NCBI GenBank assembly: GCA_002937855.1
Contig: PTKS01000009.1
Span: forward strand, 5,362 to 69,361
Reading direction: 5' to 3'
Length of the DNA stretch: 64,000 nucleotides
From: Alphaproteobacteria bacterium MarineAlpha5_Bin12
Lineage (GTDB): Bacteria; Pseudomonadota; Alphaproteobacteria; HIMB59; GCA-002718135
In this document: piece after piece, positions 48,804-56,888 of the stretch
Numbering within the stretch: position 1 is the stretch's first letter
Layout: every line of letters begins with the position of its first letter
Notes under the pieces: generated by a model
What the model was told of the DNA's origin: nothing
The model's database searches: none
The model's input: the letters and a program-made list of their open reading frames with translations, nothing else
Translations under genes and position numbers: made by a program

Positions 48804-49682
48804 TTATTTTTTTGAAACCATATATTTTTTAATTGATTTTAAATTCTTAAACTTATTCACTTTTGAAAATGCTATGACAGCTTGTTGTAAATTCATTTCT
48901 AAACCATTCATAAATTTTAATTTTCTTTTTTTTGATTCTTTTAACAAAATTGTTGGGTTTGGATCATAAATTACATCAAAAATTATTGTTGATTTTACAA
49001 TTTCTTTTAAAATGGATTTTTTTATTGGAGATTTTTTTTTCTGATCTCCCCAACCTATTGTTGTGCAGTTAATTATTATTGCATGTTGATTAATAAGCTT
49101 AGGCAAAAATTGCCATAAATTACTTTTCACATTTTTATATGATTTTGAAAATTTTAATTTTTTATGACTTCTTCCTATTAATGTTATATTTGCTGTATTA
49201 CCTATTTCTGAAGATAGATAAGCGACAACTGCTTTAGCAGTGCCCCCAGTTCCCAAAACCATAATTTTTTTATTTTTTATTGATCCAAATTTTTGCTTAA
49301 AAGAAATAAGCGCTCCTTCTCCATCAGTGTTTGTGCCAGCCAATTTATTTTTATCTCTAAAGATACAATTAACTGCTCCGATTTTTTTAGATTCTTTTGA
49401 GATTGATTTTCCTAACCATTTAGCAACATTTTCTTTATATGGAGCTGCTATAGCACCTCCTTCAAAATTTTTCATTTTTTGAAGATTTATTAACAGTTTA
49501 TTTAAGTTTTTAGATTTACAATCCAAAGGTATCATTCTAGTGATTTTATTCATCTTTTTATAAGTCTTGTTCCATAATTTTGGAGATCTAGCCCCTTCTG
49601 AAGGATTAGAGCCAATTATTGCACTAAATTTATTTATTTTTGGAATTTTAATTTTATTTTCAATTAGAGAATCTATTTTCAT
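48804..49682 (-). CDS. Shikimate/quinate dehydrogenase-like (AroE family, divergent) oxidoreductase
   Basis: GSNPSEGARSPKLWN, APYK (catalytic Lys), GTNTDGEG (catalytic Asp), GTGGTAKA and GLEMNLQQAV. It overlaps the upstream aldolase-like gene by 4 nt. Confidence 0.65.
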   Translation of the reverse strand: MKIDSLIENKIKIPKINKFSAIIGSNPSEGARSPKLWNKTYKKMNKITRMIPLDCKSKNLNKLLINLQKMKNFEGGAIAAPYKENVAKWLGKSISKESKKIGAVNCIFRDKNKLAGTNTDGEGALISFKQKFGSIKNKKIMVLGTGGTAKAVVAYLSSEIGNTANITLIGRSHKKLKFSKSYKNVKSNLWQFLPKLINQHAIIINCTTIGWGDQKKKSPIKKSILKEIVKSTIIFDVIYDPNPTILLKESKKRKLKFMNGLEMNLQQAVIAFSKVNKFKNLKSIKKYMVSKK

Positions 49683-50566
49683 AAAATATTTCTTCCTAAT
49701 GTATTAGCAACACTATTCATAGATTTACATAAAGATTCAAATTCTTGAAAGTCTATTGGCTGTAGGGGATCTACGGATGCATTAATTGGATCAGGGTGTA
49801 CTTCTAACATTATTCCATCTGCTCCTGAAGCAACGCTCGCTAAGGCCATAGAAGACACCCAAGGTCGCCAAAAAGTTGCATGCGAGGGATCTACTACTAC
49901 AGGTAAATGTGTTAGTTCTTGAGCTGCAGGTACAACTTGAAGATCAAGTAAAAATCTGGATGTGGATCTATGAGTATGGGGCGCTGATACACCCCTTTCA
50001 CACAATATAACCTTTTCATTGCCTTCAACTAAAATATATTCTGCAGCGCCTAACCAATCTCTTAATGAGGCTCCATAATGTCTTTTTAACATAATAGGTT
50101 TTCCAGTTTTTGCCACTGAAGTTAGAAAAGGATAGTTTTGCATATTTCTTGAACCAATTTGAATAATATCAGCAACATCAGAAACCAGATCTATAAATTT
50201 TTCCTCCATGACCTCAGTAATTATAGGAATTCCAGATATTTCTTTTGCATTTTTTAACCACTTGATGCCCTGTTCTCTTGTTTCAGTATACTTTGGTCCT
50301 CTATATGGAAAACTTAGAGGTTTAAATGCTCCTCCTCTTAAGAAATGAGCTCCAGACTTTTTTACACTTATCGCAGTATCTTTTATTAGCTCTTCACTTT
50401 CTACCATATTTGGACCTGCAAAAATTGGAATTAAGCTTCCACCAAACTCTACTCCAGATACATTGAATTTACTTTTATGATTTTTATTTTTTTTTGCAAC
50501 CAATGGAAATTTTGTTTTAAGATCTTCTTCAGAAATATCTTTACCTGGAAATTTATTTTCAGTCAT
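49679..50566 (-). CDS. Type I-beta DAHP synthase / KDO8P synthase-family PEP aldolase with atypical active-site residues
   Basis: Collinear with Thermotoga/Bacillus-type DAHPS: FAGPNMVES (canonical AGPCSVES), LRGGAFKPLSFPY (canonical RGGAFKPRTSPY), IQIGSRNMQN, LKR, ILCERG, DPSHA, MLEVHPDP. Confidence 0.75.
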   Translation of the reverse strand: MTENKFPGKDISEEDLKTKFPLVAKKNKNHKSKFNVSGVEFGGSLIPIFAGPNMVESEELIKDTAISVKKSGAHFLRGGAFKPLSFPYRGPKYTETREQGIKWLKNAKEISGIPIITEVMEEKFIDLVSDVADIIQIGSRNMQNYPFLTSVAKTGKPIMLKRHYGASLRDWLGAAEYILVEGNEKVILCERGVSAPHTHRSTSRFLLDLQVVPAAQELTHLPVVVDPSHATFWRPWVSSMALASVASGADGIMLEVHPDPINASVDPLQPIDFQEFESLCKSMNSVANTLGRNIL

Positions 50567-50585
50567 AAGTTTTCTCCTTTAGTTT

Positions 50586-51653
50586 TTATATACCAAGTTT
50601 TTGTGAATTAATTTTATCATTTATTGATATCCAAGAATTATTTTCATAGCTAGCATACAAAGAATGTATTATTCTAGTTGTTATTGCAGCATCCTCAGAG
50701 TTTACAGGTGCGTCAATACTTCCATTATTTAAGCAGTCAATAACTTTTTGAAGATAAGGTCCGTGGCTCAATCCATAGCCATTTGGAACTTCTTGTGAAA
50801 ATTTATTAATAATTTCTTTTTCATTTTGATTTGAATTATTTGAATACCATTTTTCTATTTTATTAAGAGCTATTCCACCTACAGTAGCTATTGCTTTATC
50901 CCCCACAATAGAAATTGAAGCTTCCTGATCTTTTGGCCTTAGTCCTGTAGTTGCTTCAATAGTACCAAAAGATCCATTTTTAAATTTAATAATACCAACC
51001 ATGGTATCTTCTGCCTCAAGATTGTTTATTAAATTTCCACCTGTTGCACAAACTTCAGTTACAGGTCCACAAAGCCAGTTCATTACATCTACATGATGAA
51101 TTGCTTGTTGGTTAATTACTCCCCCATCTTGCTTCCATGTTCCATGCCATTCATCTTCATAATAATCCTGATATCTCGCCCATCTTAGACGGATGCTAGC
51201 GGTAATAATTTTACCAAAAGCACCTTTATTTAATTCATTTTTTAAAAATTGAATAGCGGGATTTAATCTATTTTGATAAACAACTCCTAACATCAAGTTC
51301 ATTTTTATTGATAAATCTTTTAAAGAGTCAGCTTCGGAAGGAGTCATGGCTATGGGCTTTTCAACTATAGTATTACATCCCATTTTAAGTGATTTTCTTA
51401 CATCATTAAAATGTTCACCTGATGGAGTTAAGACTAAAACTAAATTAGGTTTTTTTTTATTAATCATTTCAGATAAATCACTAAAAAAATCACAATTGAA
51501 ATTTTTTGAATAATTTTGTGCCTTAGATATTTCTTTATCTGCAACTCCTACGATCTCAAAGTTTTTTACATTACCAGAATTTAATATATTTTTATAATGT
51601 TGCGCTACCCTTCCACATCCTAAAATACCTATTTTAATATTTTTCATTTTCAA
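50586..51653 (-). CDS. Gfo/Idh/MocA family NAD(P)-dependent sugar oxidoreductase
   Basis: IKIGILGCGRVAQHY Rossmann N-terminus and the EKP motif. Confidence 0.85.
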   Translation of the reverse strand: MKMKNIKIGILGCGRVAQHYKNILNSGNVKNFEIVGVADKEISKAQNYSKNFNCDFFSDLSEMINKKKPNLVLVLTPSGEHFNDVRKSLKMGCNTIVEKPIAMTPSEADSLKDLSIKMNLMLGVVYQNRLNPAIQFLKNELNKGAFGKIITASIRLRWARYQDYYEDEWHGTWKQDGGVINQQAIHHVDVMNWLCGPVTEVCATGGNLINNLEAEDTMVGIIKFKNGSFGTIEATTGLRPKDQEASISIVGDKAIATVGGIALNKIEKWYSNNSNQNEKEIINKFSQEVPNGYGLSHGPYLQKVIDCLNNGSIDAPVNSEDAAITTRIIHSLYASYENNSWISINDKINSQKLGI

Positions 51654-53001
51654 GATTGGTCATATTTTTTACTATTTCTAAACTTGTTGCATCCTTTATT
51701 TCATATGATACCAATGGATCATTAATTTCATAAAATCCAAATTTTCCACTTCCAAGTGAATTATTGCGAAGAGGCATTGGCCTTGATACCAAACCTAAGC
51801 CAACAAGACCAATAAAAGATTTGCTTTTCTTCAATTTTTTTGGGACAAATCCTTCATTTACTATATGAGTTGATTCTTCTTCTTGAACAATTATACCCCT
51901 ATTTTCTTCAACAGCTGCTATTATTGTATCAAGTTCTTCATTAATAAGTTTTTCAATCATTTGATCAATTAGATTTGAATTTCTGAAAAAATATCCTTCT
52001 TGAAGAACTACTACTAGTTCTGGGCTTTGATTATTTTTTTCAATTTGATCAAGTGTGAATCTTACTACATCTAATATATCAACATAATTTTTTGAGAGTT
52101 CAGGTGGTCTTAAAAATGGTGCCTTAGCTCCAATTTTTTTTGCCAACTTTGAAGTGTTAGGGTTGTCTGTAGAAACAATTATTTCTTTGACATATTTGGA
52201 TTTTTTTATTGAATTAACAGTGTGTTCAACAAGAGTCTTGTTATTTACAAAAAAAGATTCTCCTTTTATTGGAATAATAGCTGTTATATTCATTTTATCT
52301 AATGATTCATTTTTTGGATAAGATACAAGGCCCTTAATTGATTCTAAAACATTTACAACATTGCTTGCTCTAGTTAAGTTTGAATCGTGATGAATACCAT
52401 GCCAATGAAAAACGCTTGCTTCGGGTTCATAAATAATATTGTAATTTGAATCGATTACTTGTTGACCCCATACTCTATCTTCAATGTTTGAGACTTTTTC
52501 GTCAAATGGAAATTTATTCCAAATTTCTCTCCTAAATGCACTGTTTGCGTTATGAAAAAATGAATCTTTTTTTTGTATTTTTTTATCTAGACCAAAAACA
52601 GTTAACAAATCTCTCTTATCTAAATCACTTGAATATGAAAATGGCTGTTGTCTTCCATAAACTCCAGCTACTTCTTCATTTTTTAGATCATTTATTAAAT
52701 TAGACAGCCAATTTTCATTTGTTGGAACACAATGTCCTGATAAACAAACTATATATTTCCCTTTAGATGCTTTGATGCCATCATTTATTGATTTACCGGG
52801 TAAAAATTCTTTTATTGTTATTATCTTAACTGAAAATTCTTTTGCTTTTTTTACTGTCATATCTGTTGATAAATTATCAACTATAATGACTTCTATATTC
52901 TTATGAGTCTGATTAAAAACAGATTGTAAGCATGACGAAATCCATCTTTCTTCATTTTTTGTTCTAATAATTATTGATACTAAGGGATTTTGAGAATTCA
53001 T
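51634..53001 (-). CDS. Fusion protein: N-terminal GT2 glycosyltransferase plus C-terminal cytidylyltransferase-like (CMP-sugar synthetase fold) domain
   Basis: Residues 1-230 carry VSIIIRTKNEERWI..VIIVDNLSTD (GT2). From Met237, MNITAIIPIKGES..STDN..FLRPPELS follows the NeuA/KdsB-type layout, but it lacks the ARGGSKG..KN motif. Confidence 0.7.
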   Translation of the reverse strand: MNSQNPLVSIIIRTKNEERWISSCLQSVFNQTHKNIEVIIVDNLSTDMTVKKAKEFSVKIITIKEFLPGKSINDGIKASKGKYIVCLSGHCVPTNENWLSNLINDLKNEEVAGVYGRQQPFSYSSDLDKRDLLTVFGLDKKIQKKDSFFHNANSAFRREIWNKFPFDEKVSNIEDRVWGQQVIDSNYNIIYEPEASVFHWHGIHHDSNLTRASNVVNVLESIKGLVSYPKNESLDKMNITAIIPIKGESFFVNNKTLVEHTVNSIKKSKYVKEIIVSTDNPNTSKLAKKIGAKAPFLRPPELSKNYVDILDVVRFTLDQIEKNNQSPELVVVLQEGYFFRNSNLIDQMIEKLINEELDTIIAAVEENRGIIVQEEESTHIVNEGFVPKKLKKSKSFIGLVGLGLVSRPMPLRNNSLGSGKFGFYEINDPLVSYEIKDATSLEIVKNMTNLENEKY

Positions 53002-53708
53002 AAGTTAAAATTTTTTATAATTAAATTAGCAAGTTTTAAATCATTTTTTGTATGGATATCAACAAACGAAAATTCATTTTTATGCATTATAATTTCAACT
53101 CTATTACCTATTCTTTTTCCTTTACGCCATAAATAAGCTCTGCTTGCGCAACTCAACCCTGTATCTTCCCTTACAATTGACCTTCGTACTTGTCTAGATT
53201 GATATAGCGACATCCATTTTCTTAATCGAGTCCATTTTTTGTTTTTATTTTTTTCCCAAAAATTTTTGTGAGTTTCATATCCTACAAAAACACTTTCTAT
53301 CTTTGGTTTTCTTTTTAATATATTTACAGCTTTTTTAATCCAGCGATGATCTCTAAAAATATCAGTAGCTGTTAAAAATACAGCGATTTCGTATTTTTTA
53401 TTAAAAATTTTTTCATAACTTAAAATGGCGTGTTTTAGAGTTTCTTCAGTAGTAGATAAACTTCCTGAAATCTTTTTGGGTCTAAAAAATGGAACTTCAG
53501 CTCCATATTTTTTTGCAACTTTTGCAATTTTTTCATCGTCAGTTGAAACCAAAATTGTTCCTATAACTCCAGATTTAATTGCATGTTTAATAGGTCTAGA
53601 AATTAGAGGTTCTCCATCTATTTTTAATAAATTTTTCTTAGGCAATCCTTTTGATCCACCTCTTGCTGGTATAATGCAAATTACATCATCATAATTATTT
53701 TTTTTCAT
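52998..53708 (-). CDS. Acylneuraminate/ulosonate cytidylyltransferase (NeuA/KdsB superfamily)
   Basis: ICIIPARGGSKGLPKKN and STDD..FFRP motifs. Confidence 0.8.
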   Translation of the reverse strand: MKKNNYDDVICIIPARGGSKGLPKKNLLKIDGEPLISRPIKHAIKSGVIGTILVSTDDEKIAKVAKKYGAEVPFFRPKKISGSLSTTEETLKHAILSYEKIFNKKYEIAVFLTATDIFRDHRWIKKAVNILKRKPKIESVFVGYETHKNFWEKNKNKKWTRLRKWMSLYQSRQVRRSIVREDTGLSCASRAYLWRKGKRIGNRVEIIMHKNEFSFVDIHTKNDLKLANLIIKNFNL

Positions 53709-53741
53709 ATACCTAACAAATATATAGCATTAAAATAGTAA

Positions 53742-55076
53742 TTAAAACTTATTTCTAAGTCTTTTGATTATTTCAGAGAGAGTGTTGTTTAAATTTTTTT
53801 TAATATAAAATATCTTTAATTTATCATACCACTCACAATTTCTATTTTGTTTCTTAGAATACAAAAAATGTTCATTATCATCATGGATAATCTCCCAAGT
53901 TTCAGTGCCTAATGAACTAGCAAAATTGCTGTTGATATTTGCGACTGTGATTACTAAATCTAGATTTGATATTAATGAAGCTAAATCATCCAAATTATTA
54001 AATTTATCTAATTCTTGAATATCAATTATTTTATTTTTATTTTTAGAATTAAAATTATTTATTTCCTGTTTTACTTTACCGTATTGTAAATTAACAAAAC
54101 CAATATCTCTATTGTCTCTATTATTAATTAGTTTAGAGAAATCTTCCAATCTAAATGATTTTTTTAAAAATGATTTAGATCCAGATTTCCATGAGATTCC
54201 AATATATTTTTTTTTATTATATTTTAATAAAATATCTTGATATTTTTTTGATATTTTTTTGTCATCAGTAAGATATGGTTTATTTTTAAAATCTATTATA
54301 TTATTTCTAAAAAATTTTCCTAAACTTCCAGCATAAATAAATAAATATTTTTTTTTCACATAATAAAAAATTTTATTTAAATTAGATTCTAAAATAAAAT
54401 CTTTAAATTTAAAGCTTCTTTTAAATATTTTTAAAAGCCTATCATCTACGACTATTTTACACTCTGGATTTAATTTTATAAATTCTTTATACATTGAGCT
54501 AAATAAAATTTGGTCCCCAATACCCTGTTCTGGTACAATTATAATTTTCAAATTTTGTGGAACTAATTTTTTATTATAAATATTATTCTTTATAATTTTA
54601 TAAATATCAGTATTTGTATACTCAGCTAATATTCTATTATCATATAGTGCCCAACCATCTTTGTATAATTTCTTTTTTAAAAGTATATAAGATTTATTAA
54701 ATTTAAAATTAGGAATATTTGAATTAATTTTGATTGCATTATTATATGATCTTAAAGCCAAATTTAATTTACCAAATTTCTTATATAAATTACCTAAATT
54801 AAATTGTAAAAATTCATTATCTGGTTTGATTTTTATTGCTCGAAAAATATAATTTTTTGAATTTTTATAATCCTCTTTTAACATGTAGCAATAAGCTATA
54901 TTACTTAAAGATTGAATGTGATTCCTATCAATCAATAATAATTTTTTGTATGTTTCTATTGCCTCATCTATTTTATTTGATTCTAAACTTTTATTCCCTT
55001 GATCTAAAAGAGATTCAGGTGTTTTTTTAATTATATTTTTCTTTTTTGATACATTGATACCAATATTTGCATTCAT
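53742..55076 (-). CDS. TPR-repeat protein with C-terminal GT9-like glycosyltransferase domain (paralog C)
   Basis: 444 aa. TPR units, then EQGIGDQILFSSMY, FKRSF, AGSLGKFFR, GISWKS and NLQYG. The HLA(G/A)A motif is replaced by NSNFASSLG. Confidence 0.7.
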   Translation of the reverse strand: MNANIGINVSKKKNIIKKTPESLLDQGNKSLESNKIDEAIETYKKLLLIDRNHIQSLSNIAYCYMLKEDYKNSKNYIFRAIKIKPDNEFLQFNLGNLYKKFGKLNLALRSYNNAIKINSNIPNFKFNKSYILLKKKLYKDGWALYDNRILAEYTNTDIYKIIKNNIYNKKLVPQNLKIIIVPEQGIGDQILFSSMYKEFIKLNPECKIVVDDRLLKIFKRSFKFKDFILESNLNKIFYYVKKKYLFIYAGSLGKFFRNNIIDFKNKPYLTDDKKISKKYQDILLKYNKKKYIGISWKSGSKSFLKKSFRLEDFSKLINNRDNRDIGFVNLQYGKVKQEINNFNSKNKNKIIDIQELDKFNNLDDLASLISNLDLVITVANINSNFASSLGTETWEIIHDDNEHFLYSKKQNRNCEWYDKLKIFYIKKNLNNTLSEIIKRLRNKF

Positions 55077-55077
55077 T

Positions 55078-55632
55078 TTATTGCGGTTTCCAGTGTTTTA
55101 AGCACCTTGGTTCATATACGTCGGATGCTCCTACTTGTGTTCTTTCTCCACCTTTATTTTTTCTATAGGTTTTTGTAGCTTCTTGTCCACATATGTTACA
55201 AAAACCATATATTTTAGTTATTTTATCCGCAAGTCCAAGAAGTAATGATGAGGTTTCCCAAGGCTTACCTCTAGAATCTTGATCTAATCCAGCGCATACA
55301 ACATTGATTCCTGAATTTAGTAATTCATCAATGTTTTCTAAAGTTTCATCTGCTTTCATAAATTGAACTTCATCTAAAAACAATGTATCTAAATTTTCAG
55401 TATTAAAATCAAATCTTTTTCTAGCGTCAGTCCAATTTGCAATGGAATAACATTCATGTGTAATATTATTATGGGTAGATATTAGTTTTTCAGAATATCT
55501 ATTATCAATTATAGGTTTTAATACCAATATTTTTTTTTGTTGGTGTTTTACCCAGAGAATTTTTTTTAAAAGCTCACTGGTTTTTCCAGCAAACATCGCA
55601 CCAACAATAGTTTCAAGGGTTCCTCTTTGCAC
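55078..55632 (-). CDS. tdk: Thymidine kinase (TK1 type)
   Basis: GAMFAGKTSEL P-loop, FLDEVQF and a C-terminal Cys pair pattern CNICG...CLKH. Confidence 0.9.
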   Translation of the reverse strand: MQRGTLETIVGAMFAGKTSELLKKILWVKHQQKKILVLKPIIDNRYSEKLISTHNNITHECYSIANWTDARKRFDFNTENLDTLFLDEVQFMKADETLENIDELLNSGINVVCAGLDQDSRGKPWETSSLLLGLADKITKIYGFCNICGQEATKTYRKNKGGERTQVGASDVYEPRCLKHWKPQ

Positions 55633-55670
55633 AAAATTTTATATCATATATTTTGTATATAAAATAATAA

Positions 55671-56834
55671 TTATTTAAGTAATTCATCTAAAAATATTTT
55701 AATTTTTTGATAATTAATAGATTCTATACAACCTACGGGGTTATTTAAAAAGTATTTATAGCTTTTTTTTAAATTCCCTCTGTTTAATAAATGTATCTTT
55801 GTATTTTCAAATACTAATTTTTTTTCTTTTTTTAGTGAATAATAGCAACCATGTTCATTATTAAAATTTATAATATTCGTAAGTCCACAAGGCGCAGAAC
55901 AATAATTTGATTTAAAGTTAGAATTATAATAAGTAATGTTGCTATTTTCATATAATATTTTTTTTGAATCTACTGAAGTAGAAATTAAAATTCCTTTTTT
56001 GTTATAAATTTTTGATATATGCAATGGCCCAGAATCACAAAAAACACCAAACTCTATAGTTTTAATGTATTTGACTAAATCCTTTAAATTACTTGGATTA
56101 TAAACTTTACATTTATTTAAATTTTTAAGATTGCGAAAATGTTCAGTAGTTATTTGATCATTTCCTAATATTAAATCAACTTCATATTTTTTATTTATTA
56201 AGTGGCTAATTATATTATCAATTAAATTAATAGGTAAAGTTCTTATTGGTGAATTAGAAATAGGGAAAATGGAAATTCTTGAAATTTTTTTATTAGCAAA
56301 ATTTTTATTTAAAATTTTATTTTTAATTCTAAAAAAATTATTTATTGCTTCTTCAATATTTTCTCTTTCATATTTTTGTAATTTCAGTAAATTAATCTCA
56401 CTTGTGAAATGGAATATAGTGTCATATTTTTTTATCTGTGATTCACTTATAAAATCAGAATAAATATTATCTGCTTCTGTAAAGTGAGATAATATTTCAT
56501 GAGCGTTGGAACAAAAAGCAATTCCAATCTCTTTAAAAATTTTATTTAATTTAATATTTTTTATAGCTAAACCATACTCGATTGAGTCACCTATGCCTGG
56601 ATTTGGTGGAAGACAAAATAGTATTTTTTCTGATTTTGGTAAATATTTACTATGTTTTTCTATATTAATTTCTTTTAATAAATCTTGATTATTTTTTTTA
56701 TTAAGTATTTTCCAAATAGATGAGTTTTTAGAGAAGTATTTTGTATCTTTTTTAATATATTCTACATCACAATTTTTCAAATCTAATGATGAAGTTGAGC
56801 AGTTTTTATTTAATATAAAGCTAAAAAATGGCAT
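55671..56834 (-). CDS. GT9-like (heptosyltransferase-fold) glycosyltransferase
   Basis: PPNPGIGDSIEYG N-terminal motif and VFCDSGPLHISK C-terminal motif. Confidence 0.55.
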   Translation of the reverse strand: MPFFSFILNKNCSTSSLDLKNCDVEYIKKDTKYFSKNSSIWKILNKKNNQDLLKEINIEKHSKYLPKSEKILFCLPPNPGIGDSIEYGLAIKNIKLNKIFKEIGIAFCSNAHEILSHFTEADNIYSDFISESQIKKYDTIFHFTSEINLLKLQKYERENIEEAINNFFRIKNKILNKNFANKKISRISIFPISNSPIRTLPINLIDNIISHLINKKYEVDLILGNDQITTEHFRNLKNLNKCKVYNPSNLKDLVKYIKTIEFGVFCDSGPLHISKIYNKKGILISTSVDSKKILYENSNITYYNSNFKSNYCSAPCGLTNIINFNNEHGCYYSLKKEKKLVFENTKIHLLNRGNLKKSYKYFLNNPVGCIESINYQKIKIFLDELLK

Positions 56835-56888
56835 TAAAATAAATATTATTGTCTACTTCTTGCATTTTTTTGATATTAAGCATTCATT

